DNA of 32,730 nt from Cytophagales bacterium. Lineage in GTDB: Bacteria; Bacteroidota; Bacteroidia; Cytophagales; Thermoflexibacteraceae. This document shows positions 8,949 to 18,430 of this stretch, one piece after another. Under the pieces are notes generated by a model, which had not been told where the DNA came from, did no database searches, and saw nothing but the letters and a program-made list of their open reading frames with translations. A program made the position numbers and the translations under genes. Position 1 is the first letter of the stretch. The number at the start of each line of letters is the position of its first letter. Location: positions 1-32,730 of the forward strand of contig CANGYA010000020.1 in NCBI GenBank assembly GCA_947457925.1, read 5' to 3'.

Positions 8949-9061
8949 CTTGTCGTTGATAGGTTAAGATAGTATAAAAATTTCCGACATTAAAATAGTA
9001 TTAATTTTTGTATTAACAATTAGTGTGCTAAAATGTTTTAAAAAAACAAGGCTACTATTTT

Positions 9062-9385
9062 TTAGTCTTCATCTATCAACATATTTTGATACGCATTTTG
9101 GAGTTCTGCCAATGCCTTGCGGTCTTGTTGCAACTGACATTGCTGTATGCCTTGTTGGTAAATTTCTTCGGCTTTTTGGCGTTGGTTCAGTGCTACCAAT
9201 ACCTCTGCATAATGGTAATAGGTGGCGGTGTAGGTCGGAAAATCTTTTACCAACCTTTCATAATATGGTAAAGATTTTTTGGGGTCAATGTTTTTATATT
9301 CATTAGCTACGGCATACAATAAAAACGTATCGTTGGGTTCTGCTGTTAGCCATGTGAGGAGTTGTTCTAAACGGGTCATAAACAA
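9062..9385 (-). CDS. Small tetratricopeptide-repeat protein
   Basis: 107 aa with TPR-like helical repeats (YYERLVKDFPTYTATYYHYAEVLVALNQRQKAEEIYQQGIQ). Lies 81 bp downstream of, and co-directional with, the double-AAA gene. Confidence 0.55.
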   Translation of the reverse strand: MFMTRLEQLLTWLTAEPNDTFLLYAVANEYKNIDPKKSLPYYERLVKDFPTYTATYYHYAEVLVALNQRQKAEEIYQQGIQQCQLQQDRKALAELQNAYQNMLIDED

Positions 9386-9466
9386 ATAGTTTTTGAGTAA
9401 ACTACATTACAGAAAACCTATAAGATTTTAGAAATCTTATAGGTTTTAATTGTTAATTATTAATTG

Positions 9467-12127
9467 TTACCGCATAAACCCAATCCGTTTAGAGTTGCCT
9501 GCTTCCTCGTCTATATTGAAGTCTTTGAGGTCTTCTACGGTCAGGGTTGCCAACATTTCGGCAGTGCGTAGTTTTTTGTCTATCATAGACATACGCAAGT
9601 GTTGGTTTTTTACAGCCTGCTGAATAATCTTACGTACAGACCTTGCATTACCAAAGTATTTATCCCTGCGGTCATACAAAGTTTTGAGGTACTTTTGCAG
9701 ATGTACTTCCGCCTCTGCGTCAGGCACAAGCCTTTCTATCATCAGCATAGACGCAGCTATTTCATATAAATCTTCGGCAGAGTAATCTTGAAAAACAATG
9801 GTCTTGTCGAAACGAGATTTTAACCCGGGGTTCATTTCTATAAACCTGTCCATGTTGTCGGGGTAGCCCGCCGCAATTACAATGAACTCACCACGTTTGT
9901 CTTCCATCTGCTTCAGTATTACTTCTAAGGCTTCTTTGCCAAAGTCGTTGCCTGTTTCGGAGGCTAATGCGTAGGCTTCATCTATAAATAACACGCCACC
10001 TACGGCTTCATCTATTTTTTCTTTGGTCTTAATGGCAGTCTGCCCCACAAAACCAGCTACTAAGGCTTGTCTATCGCACTCTACCACATGCCCACGTTCC
10101 AACACACCCAAAGCCTTGTAAATCTTGGCAATGATACGAGCCACCGTAGTTTTACCAGTTCCGGGGTTGCCCTTAAAAATGGTGTGCATAGAGAAACGAC
10201 CCAAAACATCTTTGCCCGTTTCTTTGTAAAACTGCACAAGTTTCACTAAGTCATGCACCTGATTTTTCACCTCCCGCAAGCCTATCATGGTGTTGAGTTC
10301 AGACATTGCCTCTTGTAACAGAGAGTCGTCCACAGGTAATTCTGGTAGGCGTTTTTCCTTGCTCTTAAATACTTTTTCTACGTCCTCAAACGTAATGGTG
10401 CGTAGAGTTTCTTCAGATACTTTGGTGTTGCTGCCTGCCGTAGCTTCCGAACTTTTCATGACACGCAAACCCATGTTCATTTTCGCCTCATCTACCAATG
10501 AATTGACCAAACGGGCATTGCCGAAAGAATTGTCCCTTGCTCTGTATGCCTCTGTAATTTTTTTGAACAAATAGGCTTGTGCGTCCTCCGTAAATGCCAC
10601 ATTGCGTTGCGTTGCACACAATTCCGCAATTTGATGTAATTCTTGTGGCAAATAATCTGGAAAATCGAAATACAAGTTAAATCTTGACTTGAAACCGGGA
10701 TTTGAACCCAAAAAAACGTCCATTTCTTTGGGATAGCCCGCCACAATAATTGCAATGTCGCCTGTGCCATCAGACATTTCTTTGATAAGGGTTTCTACTA
10801 CTTCTTGACCGTAGTCTTTTGTGTCTTCTTTGCTCCTTATCAATGAATACGCCTCGTCTATGAATAGTACGCCACCTTTGGCTTTTTCTATGGCTTCTTT
10901 CACTTTGGGGGCTGTTTGTCCGATGTACTGCCCTACCAAATCTGCTCTGCCTACTTCGTGTACTTTTCCGTTGCTCAATAAGCCCATTTTGTGGTAAATC
11001 TTGCCCAACATCTTGGCTAAACTCGTCTTACCTGTCCCAGGATTGCCTTTGAAAACAGAATGTAAACTTATTTTTTGCGATTCGTCAAAACCTTGTTCTT
11101 TCCGCAACTGCAAAAATTTGAGGTAGTGAATATAATCCTTTACTCTTGCTTTTACAGGCTCCAGACCTATCATAGAATTTAATTTTTCCATGACATCATC
11201 TAAAGTTTCGTTGGGGTCTTCTGGCTTGTGCGTGGCTTGTGGCAAAATGGCATTACCTGTCAAAATAGGACTGACACCCTCTATAAATTCATCGTTTGCC
11301 TCAAAAGTAACCACAGCTATCAACTGATCCATGAAAATCACTTGTAACGTATATTTATCTTCGTACCAAGTTCCTTTGCTATCAGACCCCCAACCAGTCG
11401 TAACGGTAACAGAATCGTCTTCGGGGTTTATTTTCTTCACTTCTACTGTTCTTCCTTTGAGTTGCCCCGCATCATTGTAAAAATGAAAGAACATTTCACA
11501 ATACCAAGAAGACGACTGTAAGTTGTTGATATTCAACTCTGCCCATACATAACGAGTATCTTTAGCATTGAAATGAGTGTAGTACACTCTTTCTTCTGCC
11601 CCTACGCCCTTGTTAGGTCCTTCATAAAGTTTGATACTTTCTATGTCAAAATAAGGGTTTTCATCGGGTGTTACCGAACCACCATTTTCTACATAAAAAT
11701 ATTTAGTTCCTACTAAATCCTCGTCCATGTAGGCTTCCCACACATAGTCGCCACGTACCCAAAACACACCTACTTCTTTGTTGCCCCAACCCTCACGGAT
11801 TTGCACAATATTGTCTTCTTTAGACACATGATAGTCAAGGTCTATAGAGCATAATTCTTCCCGAATATTTTTTTCTTTGAGGCGAAAGGCTTTTAGTTTT
11901 ATTTTAATGTCCCAGTCTTCTTCGTCAAATAATTTATTGTAAAAAGACAATTCGGCATATAAATAGCTCGTTTCGCTGTTTTCAAAGACACTACGATACT
12001 TCTTTTTACCATCGGCTAACCACTCCGTAGAGGCATAGACCTTTAAGTCTTTAAATTTATATTTTTTATCTAATGGCGGCATGAATGTAATAGTATGTGG
12101 TGATGAAATTTTTAGCATACTATACAT
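9467..12127 (-). CDS. Tandem CbbX/SpoVK-type AAA+ ATPase with duplicated N-terminal domain of unknown function
   Basis: Two complete AAA modules (FKGNPGTGKTSLAKMLGKIY...GVLFIDEAYSL and FKGNPGTGKTTVARIIAKIY...GVLFIDEAYAL) matching the CbbX/SpoVK/EccA signature. The N-terminal ~290 aa shows an internal duplication (Y-x-[YW]AEL...N and GWG-x4-G-x-W-x4-Y motifs each occur twice). Confidence 0.75.
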   Translation of the reverse strand: MYSMLKISSPHTITFMPPLDKKYKFKDLKVYASTEWLADGKKKYRSVFENSETSYLYAELSFYNKLFDEEDWDIKIKLKAFRLKEKNIREELCSIDLDYHVSKEDNIVQIREGWGNKEVGVFWVRGDYVWEAYMDEDLVGTKYFYVENGGSVTPDENPYFDIESIKLYEGPNKGVGAEERVYYTHFNAKDTRYVWAELNINNLQSSSWYCEMFFHFYNDAGQLKGRTVEVKKINPEDDSVTVTTGWGSDSKGTWYEDKYTLQVIFMDQLIAVVTFEANDEFIEGVSPILTGNAILPQATHKPEDPNETLDDVMEKLNSMIGLEPVKARVKDYIHYLKFLQLRKEQGFDESQKISLHSVFKGNPGTGKTSLAKMLGKIYHKMGLLSNGKVHEVGRADLVGQYIGQTAPKVKEAIEKAKGGVLFIDEAYSLIRSKEDTKDYGQEVVETLIKEMSDGTGDIAIIVAGYPKEMDVFLGSNPGFKSRFNLYFDFPDYLPQELHQIAELCATQRNVAFTEDAQAYLFKKITEAYRARDNSFGNARLVNSLVDEAKMNMGLRVMKSSEATAGSNTKVSEETLRTITFEDVEKVFKSKEKRLPELPVDDSLLQEAMSELNTMIGLREVKNQVHDLVKLVQFYKETGKDVLGRFSMHTIFKGNPGTGKTTVARIIAKIYKALGVLERGHVVECDRQALVAGFVGQTAIKTKEKIDEAVGGVLFIDEAYALASETGNDFGKEALEVILKQMEDKRGEFIVIAAGYPDNMDRFIEMNPGLKSRFDKTIVFQDYSAEDLYEIAASMLMIERLVPDAEAEVHLQKYLKTLYDRRDKYFGNARSVRKIIQQAVKNQHLRMSMIDKKLRTAEMLATLTVEDLKDFNIDEEAGNSKRIGFMR

Positions 12128-12296
12128 TTTTATAGAATTTTCAAATAAAAGTTACAAGTTTTTATTTGTTTAACACCCGTAAGGTTTTTAAAAACGTATT
12201 GAGTAAAGGAAAATTACAAGACTTTAAAAAGTGTTAATTTTAATGACAAATAGCAAGTTCTACCTGAAATTTTGTCAGGATTTAAACTTTTTACTA

Positions 12297-12304
12297 TATA
12301 TTTG
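12297..12304 (+). promoter_or_regulatory. Candidate Bacteroidetes sigma-A -7 box (TATATTTG = TAnnTTTG) upstream of ftsH
   Basis: Exact match to the Bacteroidetes -7 consensus ~134 nt upstream of the ftsH ATG. Position and usage are unverified. Confidence 0.3.
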
Positions 12305-12437
12305 TGTATATTTCCAAAGATTGAGTAGGTTTATAAATGAAATGTTATATAGGCTTTGAAAAACTTATTCACACAACCTCAATGCTAAATATATCATTAA
12401 CCAATCATGTTTGTAATCATTGCATAACTAAAATTAT

Positions 12438-14435
12438 ATGTCTGAGAACCAAGAAAGCAAAAAACCTTTTTTATCCAAATCCTCACCCAATGGTCGTGGT
12501 AATTACCAGATTTGGCTCTTAGTGAGTTTGGTGTTATTAATTGTAGGGCTTACGTATTTCAATAAAACTAATACAGTAGGAGAAATTACCGAGCAACGTT
12601 TCCAACGTATGTTAGACGAGGGAGATGTAAAAGAAATTATTATTGTCAAAGGAGCTAATGAAAATCATTTTGTAGAGGTTTTTTTGAAACCCGAAACTCT
12701 TGCTAAATACCAAAAAGACTTTGGACAACAAAACCCTTTTGCGGTTCGCCAAGGTCCTCAATATAGATTTGACATTAGTGATGTAAAAGAATTTAAGGAA
12801 AATCTTAAAACTTGGCAAAAAGAAATACCAGATATAAACAGAATAGCCTACAAAATAGATAATAACCGTACAGACTTTACAAGTTGGTTTTTTAGCTGGG
12901 GCTTCTTCATTTTGTTGTTGTTTGGTTTCTATTTGCTTATGCGGAGAATGGCAGGTATGGGACCGGGTGGTCAGATTTTCAATATTGGTAAATCTAAAGC
13001 AGCCTTATTTGATGCAGACAATAAAGTGAAAATTACTTTTGCAGACGTAGCAGGCTTAGATGAAGCCAAAGAAGAAGTACAAGAAGTAGTGGATTTCTTA
13101 AAACACCCTTCTAAATACACGAACTTAGGTGGTAAAATTCCAAAAGGTGTGTTATTAGTAGGACCTCCCGGAACAGGTAAAACCTTGTTAGCCAAAGCCG
13201 TAGCAGGTGAGGCAGGTGTCCCTTTTTTCTCCTTGTCAGGTTCAGATTTCGTAGAAATGTTTGTAGGTGTAGGTGCAGCCAGAGTACGTGATTTGTTCCG
13301 CCAAGCCAGAGAAAAAGCCCCTTGTATCATCTTCATCGACGAGATTGATGCCATAGGTAGGTCAAGAGGACGTGGTGCAATGCCGGGTTCTAATGACGAA
13401 AGAGAAAATACATTGAACTCCTTGTTAGTAGAAATGGACGGTTTCGGTACAGATTCGGGTGTTATAATCATGGCAGCTACCAACAGACCAGACGTTTTGG
13501 ACAGTGCTTTGTTGCGTCCCGGTCGTTTTGACAGGGAAATTAGTGTAGATGTGCCAGATATTGCAGGACGTGAGGCTATTCTCAAAGTGCATTTACAACC
13601 TCTCAAATTAGCAGCAGACGTAGATGTCAAGAAAATAGCAGCCCAAACACCGGGTTTTGCAGGGGCAGAGTTGGCGAATTTGTGTAACGAGGCAGCCCTC
13701 ATTGCAGCCCGCCGCAACAAACCAGCCGTAGAATTGCAAGATTTCCAAGATGCCGTAGATAGAGTCATTGGCGGTTTGGAAAAGAAAAACAAAATTATTT
13801 CTCCCGAAGAAAAAAATATTGTGGCATATCACGAAGCTGGTCATGCCATTGCAGGTTGGTTCTTAGAACACGCCAATCCGTTGGTAAAAGTAAGTATTGT
13901 ACCAAGAGGCGTAGCTGCGTTGGGTTATGCCTTGTACTTGCCAAAAGAACAGTTTTTACGCACAGCAGAACAGTTGATAGACGAAATTTGTGTGTCTTTG
14001 GGCGGTAGAGTAGCTGAAGATATTGTTTTTGGTAAAATCTCTACAGGTGCTTTGAGTGATTTGGAGCATATCACCAAAGTAGCTTACAGCATGATTACGG
14101 TCTATGGTATGAATGACAAAATAGGTAACATTTCTTTCTACGACTCAAAAAGGTCTGAATATGCTTTTGATAAACCGTATTCAGATGCTACAGCCGAATT
14201 AATAGACAAAGAAGTGAAGATTTTGATAGAAGGTGCTTATCAACGTACCAAAAACTTGTTGGTAGAAAAACGCAGAGAGTTAGAAATATTAGCTCAAGAA
14301 TTGTTGAAAAAAGAAGTAATTTTCCAACATGACCTTGAACTGTTGATTGGTAAAAGACCTTTTAATCACCCAACGGCTTATGAAGAATATGTAAAAAATT
14401 CTCAAACGCCTAACGCAACATCTGAAAGCAAATAA
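12438..14435 (+). CDS. ftsH: ATP-dependent zinc metalloprotease FtsH
   Basis: 665 aa. N-terminal TM segments, AAA module (VLLVGPPGTGKTLLAKAVAGEA, IIFIDEIDA), SRH, and zinc motif HEAGHAIAG. Confidence 0.97.
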   Translation: MSENQESKKPFLSKSSPNGRGNYQIWLLVSLVLLIVGLTYFNKTNTVGEITEQRFQRMLDEGDVKEIIIVKGANENHFVEVFLKPETLAKYQKDFGQQNPFAVRQGPQYRFDISDVKEFKENLKTWQKEIPDINRIAYKIDNNRTDFTSWFFSWGFFILLLFGFYLLMRRMAGMGPGGQIFNIGKSKAALFDADNKVKITFADVAGLDEAKEEVQEVVDFLKHPSKYTNLGGKIPKGVLLVGPPGTGKTLLAKAVAGEAGVPFFSLSGSDFVEMFVGVGAARVRDLFRQAREKAPCIIFIDEIDAIGRSRGRGAMPGSNDERENTLNSLLVEMDGFGTDSGVIIMAATNRPDVLDSALLRPGRFDREISVDVPDIAGREAILKVHLQPLKLAADVDVKKIAAQTPGFAGAELANLCNEAALIAARRNKPAVELQDFQDAVDRVIGGLEKKNKIISPEEKNIVAYHEAGHAIAGWFLEHANPLVKVSIVPRGVAALGYALYLPKEQFLRTAEQLIDEICVSLGGRVAEDIVFGKISTGALSDLEHITKVAYSMITVYGMNDKIGNISFYDSKRSEYAFDKPYSDATAELIDKEVKILIEGAYQRTKNLLVEKRRELEILAQELLKKEVIFQHDLELLIGKRPFNHPTAYEEYVKNSQTPNATSESK

Positions 14436-14451
14436 TTTAAAATAGAAGTTT

Positions 14452-14488
14452 AAAAGCCCAAAATGAAAGTTTTGGGCTTTTTTTATTG
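14452..14488 (+). terminator. Intrinsic terminator of ftsH (12-bp stem 14452-14463/14470-14481, loop TGAAAG, then TTTTATTG)
   Basis: AAAAGCCCAAAA-tgaaag-TTTTGGGCTTTT, followed by a T-run. Confidence 0.8.
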
Positions 14489-14532
14489 CGTTTTTCTATT
14501 AACTTTACTAACAACTAAACTTTACAAGGCTT

Positions 14533-16455
14533 ATGTGGCGAAATTATTTTTTTTCACTCTTATTATTGGCAAGTGCTGGGCAAGTGTTGGCTCAAAATGC
14601 ACAACAAAAAATTACGACTAAAATAGAAAAAGTTACTGTTTTTACGAGTGGCGGACAAGTAAGCAGAAAGGCGAAAGTCAATGTGCCACAAGGCAAAACG
14701 GTATTGGTATTTGCAGGAATTTCACCGAATATTGAGAAGCAAAGTATTCAGGTAAAAGGCGAAGGCAATTTTACTATACTTTCTGTCAATCATCAAACAA
14801 ACTATCTTAATGAACAAGAAAGGCGTACCGAAATAGAAAAGTTAGAAAGGCAAAATACAACATGGCGAAGACAACAAATCACTGAAGGTAGTATTAAAAG
14901 TGTTTTTGACCAAGAGGAAGCTATGTTGCTAAAAAACCAAGTGATTGGCGGAGCTAATGTAGGAGTAAAGGCAGCAGATTTAAAAGAAGCCGTTGATTTT
15001 CAGCGCAGTAGATTAACCGAAGTGCTATTGAAACAAAACGAGATAGAGGAAAATCTACGGAAATTAGACAGCCTTATCCGCAAAAATGAGCTACAACTCA
15101 AAGCCCTGAACCAAAACAAAGACTATAGCACTAGTGAAGTATTGGTAACGGTAAATGCCAAAGAAGCTGTAAACAATGCCAATTTTGAACTCAACTATTT
15201 CGTACAAAATGCGGGCTGGTACGCCACTTATGACCTGCGTGTGAAAGACATTAGCAATCCCATAGACCTTACTTTTAAGGCAAATATTTTTCAAAGTTCT
15301 GGCGAAGATTGGAAAGACGTAAAACTGACTATTTCCAACGGCAACCCCAAAGAAAGTGGTGTATCGCCTACACTACCTGCGTGGTATTTGCGTTTTGGTT
15401 ATTTGCCTACTAGCTATGAACTTTGGAAACAAAGTTTGGGACAAAAATCTGATGGCATTAGAGGCAAAGTTATTTCCGCAGATGATAATACACCTATACC
15501 GGGGGTTACTATCATGGTCAAAGGCACGACCATAGGCACACAAACAGATGTAGATGGCAATTATGCACTTGCATTACCGCCTAATGCACAAACCTTAGTG
15601 GCAAGTTTTGTAGGAATGGAAACAATGGAGCAAACTATTACTTCTAATAAAATGGATTTTGCGTTGCGTAATGCAGATGTGATATTAGATGAAGTAGTGG
15701 TTACAGGTTATGGGTTAGAAGGCAGAGCAGCAGGTGTACAAATCAAAAAAGAGAAAAGCCAATCTAAAACAACTGTTAGAATAAGAGGAGTTTCTACTAT
15801 TTCATCTTATTCTTCTTTACCCTTAGAAGTTGCAACTTCTTATCAACCCACTACCATTAACTATGAAATAGCTATGCCCTACACAATTTTGAATGATGGC
15901 AAAGTTTATACGGCAGAGGTCAAAAACCAAAGTGTAACAGCTTACTACGAATATTTTGCTGTGCCTAAATTAGAAAAAGACGCATTTCTAACGGCAAACT
16001 TGTTGGATTGGAAAGAGTTAAATTTATTAGAAGGCGAAATTAATTTGTTTTTTGAAGGGGCTTTTTTGGGCAAATCTGTGCTTAACCTTAAAAATGCAAG
16101 TGATACTTTGTCTATTTCTTTGGGTAGGGACAAAAGTATTGTGGTAGAAAGAAAAAAATTGAAAGAATACACCAAAAAACAGTTTTTGAGCAGCTACCAA
16201 ACCGAAACAAGGGCATACGAACTGATTATCAGGAACAACAAACCGCAAGCTATTCAGCTAACCGTTTTAGACCAGTTCCCTATTTCGACCAACAAGCAAA
16301 TAGAAGTAGAAGAACAAGAGTCTTCGGGAGCTATCATAGACAAAGAAACTCGCCAACTGACATGGAAATATGAGCTACCTGCCCGCCAAGAACGAAAACA
16401 CTTGTTGCGGTACAGTGTAAAATACCCGAAAGAATCGGTAGTTACAGTAGAGTAA
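14533..16455 (+). CDS. DUF4139/DUF4140 (mucoidy-inhibitor MuiA-like family) secreted protein with CarboxypepD_reg-like insert
   Basis: Signal peptide. N-terminal 'KIEKVTVFTSGGQVSRKAKVNVPQGKTVLVFAGISPNIEKQSIQVKGEG' is DUF4140-like. Long coiled coil, then 'WYATYDLRV'. An internal 'GKVISADDNTPIPGVTIMVKGTTIGTQTDVDGNYAL' matches the carboxypeptidase-regulatory-like fold. Confidence 0.55.
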   Translation: MWRNYFFSLLLLASAGQVLAQNAQQKITTKIEKVTVFTSGGQVSRKAKVNVPQGKTVLVFAGISPNIEKQSIQVKGEGNFTILSVNHQTNYLNEQERRTEIEKLERQNTTWRRQQITEGSIKSVFDQEEAMLLKNQVIGGANVGVKAADLKEAVDFQRSRLTEVLLKQNEIEENLRKLDSLIRKNELQLKALNQNKDYSTSEVLVTVNAKEAVNNANFELNYFVQNAGWYATYDLRVKDISNPIDLTFKANIFQSSGEDWKDVKLTISNGNPKESGVSPTLPAWYLRFGYLPTSYELWKQSLGQKSDGIRGKVISADDNTPIPGVTIMVKGTTIGTQTDVDGNYALALPPNAQTLVASFVGMETMEQTITSNKMDFALRNADVILDEVVVTGYGLEGRAAGVQIKKEKSQSKTTVRIRGVSTISSYSSLPLEVATSYQPTTINYEIAMPYTILNDGKVYTAEVKNQSVTAYYEYFAVPKLEKDAFLTANLLDWKELNLLEGEINLFFEGAFLGKSVLNLKNASDTLSISLGRDKSIVVERKKLKEYTKKQFLSSYQTETRAYELIIRNNKPQAIQLTVLDQFPISTNKQIEVEEQESSGAIIDKETRQLTWKYELPARQERKHLLRYSVKYPKESVVTVE

Positions 16456-16471
16456 AACAAAGGTTCATAGC

Positions 16472-16534
16472 TTAACACAAAAAATTAGAGATGTAATCTT
16501 TTTGAAAGGTTACATCTCTAATTTTTTGTGTTAA
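16472..16534. terminator. Perfect 25-bp inverted repeat (16472-16496 / 16510-16534) with 13-nt loop between convergent genes; likely bidirectional terminator
   Basis: TTAACACAAAAAATTAGAGATGTAA / TTACATCTCTAATTTTTTGTGTTAA are exact. The right arm overlaps the stop codon (16531-16533) of the minus-strand gene. Confidence 0.6.
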
Positions 16535-17010
16535 TCCAAACCTTCACCAAAATCTTCGTCTTCACCGCCTCCTTTGTTGCCTTTACGTTTTCCGCCTCTT
16601 TTCAGTATTTTATCTACCAAAAATGCCTTGAACTGTATTTCGGCTTTGTATAACTCAAAAATTTGGCGAACCGAAATAGCTTTTTGAAATTCCTTATAAT
16701 ATTTACGGTCAATGTCTGCCTCTTTGTCCCGCAACTCCAACATTTTTTCCATGTTCTTGACTAACTGCTCGTCTGTGGCGGTTCGGCTGTTGTTAAACAG
16801 TTTGGTGAGTTCCTGTCTAATTGCTTTTTTTTCTGCACTGTATTGGTTGTAAATTACCCAAAAAGTTTTGGACTGTTCGGCAGAAAGATTGAGCTTTTGG
16901 GTAATGATACCAATTTTTGCTGCCTCTATCTTATCCAACATTTCTGGATTTTGTGCAAAAGCAATGCTTTGCCAACAAAAAAATAAAAATATCGTAATCA
17001 GTTTTTTCAT
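16531..17010 (-). CDS. Periplasmic LTxxQ-motif protein (Spy/CpxP-like), last gene of ECF sigma operon
   Basis: Signal peptide (AFAQ). 'LNLSAEQSKTFWVIYNQYSAEKK' LTxxQ-like motif, helical/charged, Gly/Lys-rich C-tail. Confidence 0.4.
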   Translation of the reverse strand: MKKLITIFLFFCWQSIAFAQNPEMLDKIEAAKIGIITQKLNLSAEQSKTFWVIYNQYSAEKKAIRQELTKLFNNSRTATDEQLVKNMEKMLELRDKEADIDRKYYKEFQKAISVRQIFELYKAEIQFKAFLVDKILKRGGKRKGNKGGGEDEDFGEGLD

Positions 17011-17133
17011 GGTTATTCTTTATTAAAGTACATTCACAGATAGAAAAATTAGTAAATGAAAACTACATACTTTGCCTATTGCAAATGTACTAATAGGTAA
17101 AAGTTTGTGCTATTAAATAGCCCTTGCTGGTTG

Positions 17134-17565
17134 TTATAAATAATCTTCTACGTCTTCTACTTCTATTTCTTCCAATAACTCATCAGGAATTTCTGCATTA
17201 AATACTCCCGATAAGTCTGCCTCTTGTGTAGCTACAATTTCTATAATTTCTGCCTCTGCAATACCCGACTGCAATAAATATTCTTTTACATCATCTTCGC
17301 TTACAGTAGCTAAGGCGTGTGCCACAGGATATTTTTCTGGAATAGGTTGGTCGTATTGGCGAATACCAACGACTACTCCTATCAACATTACCGCAAAACC
17401 TACGGCTACTTTGCCTATAATCTGCCAATTCAGACTATAAAGCACCGTTTTTTTGCGATTTTTTTCATAAATTTTTTGTTGGATTTTGGCAGGCAAAGTA
17501 TCAAAATACTTTTCTGGCACATCAAACAAATCTGTTTTTTTAGGTATATCGTTAAGATTTTTCAT
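17134..17565 (-). CDS. Single-pass membrane protein, putative anti-sigma factor
   Basis: 143 aa. One TM helix (IIGKVAVGFAVMLIGVVVGI), acidic C-terminus. Immediately downstream of the ECF sigma gene. Confidence 0.4.
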   Translation of the reverse strand: MKNLNDIPKKTDLFDVPEKYFDTLPAKIQQKIYEKNRKKTVLYSLNWQIIGKVAVGFAVMLIGVVVGIRQYDQPIPEKYPVAHALATVSEDDVKEYLLQSGIAEAEIIEIVATQEADLSGVFNAEIPDELLEEIEVEDVEDYL

Positions 17566-17622
17566 CTGTTGAATTAAGTTTAATGGAGTTAGAAATCACG
17601 CCACAATAATTTTGCAAGAAGT

Positions 17623-18288
17623 CTAATCAAATTTTCCTATGTATTCCTCAATTTTCTTTACTGCATGATGGTAAGATGCTTTTAAAGCCCCTACCGAAGT
17701 CCCCACAATTTCAGAAATTTCCTCATAACTTAGGTCATCAAAATATTTCATATTGAAAACCAATCTTTGTTTATCGGGCAAAGTTAATAAGGCTTTTTGC
17801 AATTTCATCTGAATCTCATCACCTGTAAAACCGCCTGATGTTGTAAGTTTTGCGGTCAATTCTTTGTTTACATCAACTATTGGCAGCAAAAATTTTCTAC
17901 GTTTACGGTTCAAAAACGCCAAACTTTCGTTCACAGCAATTCGGTAAATCCAAGTGTACAGTTGAGCATCTTGGCGAAACTTCTCCAAATTGTTCCACAC
18001 CTTAATAAAGGTTTCTTGCACCAAATCATTCGTATCGTCATGGTCAATTACCATTTTGCGTATAAGTTGGTACACCCTCACTTGGTACTTGCGAATAATC
18101 TGGTTGAAGGCAAAGTTACGAGAATTTTCGTTTTGAAACTTCGCTATCAAGTCGGCATCATTGAGTTGAGCCTCCACATTTTCGGTGTTGGTAGTGGGCG
18201 TTGCTTTTTGTGCCATATTTTCCTGCTGTGCTGTCTTGCGAGTACCGTTCATCTGCTTGCCTTGTTTGAATTTTAGATACAAGAGCAA
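17623..18288 (-). CDS. RNA polymerase sigma-70 factor, ECF subfamily
   Basis: Region 2 (DLVQETFIKVWNNLEKFRQDAQLYTWIYRIAVNESLAFLNRKRRK) and region 4 (LPDKQRLVFNMKYFDDLSYEEISEIVGTSVGALKASYHHAVKKI). The ORF has an N-terminal extension, and the true start may be an internal Met (~aa 12 or 26). Confidence 0.85.
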   Translation of the reverse strand: MLLYLKFKQGKQMNGTRKTAQQENMAQKATPTTNTENVEAQLNDADLIAKFQNENSRNFAFNQIIRKYQVRVYQLIRKMVIDHDDTNDLVQETFIKVWNNLEKFRQDAQLYTWIYRIAVNESLAFLNRKRRKFLLPIVDVNKELTAKLTTSGGFTGDEIQMKLQKALLTLPDKQRLVFNMKYFDDLSYEEISEIVGTSVGALKASYHHAVKKIEEYIGKFD

Positions 18289-18375
18289 CTCAAAGGTTTA
18301 ATGGTATAGAGAAAAAATTAATTTTTTTACAGAGTATATTTGTATGTAGTTTTTCTATTATTAAGGTTATAGCAC

Positions 18376-18409
18376 ATAAAAAAATCCTCTCTCCAAATAG
18401 AAAGAGGAT
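18376..18409 (-). terminator. Intrinsic terminator of parA (stem ATCCTCT/AGAGGAT, then UUUUUUU on minus strand)
   Basis: Hairpin 18384-18390/18403-18409. A7 on plus at 18377-18383 gives U7 on the minus transcript. 22 nt after the parA stop. Confidence 0.6.
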
Positions 18410-18430
18410 AATGAACTAATAAAGGTAAAC

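Noticed and set aside
12337-12522. 61-aa ORF overlapping the ftsH start
   Set aside because: Out of frame with and overlapping ftsH. Lies in the presumed ftsH leader. No features.
12971-13792. 273-aa minus-strand ORF (Ala/Ser/Pro/Lys-rich) inside ftsH
   Set aside because: Antisense to a very strongly supported ftsH CDS. Low-complexity composition typical of a reverse-frame artefact, with no signal or domain.
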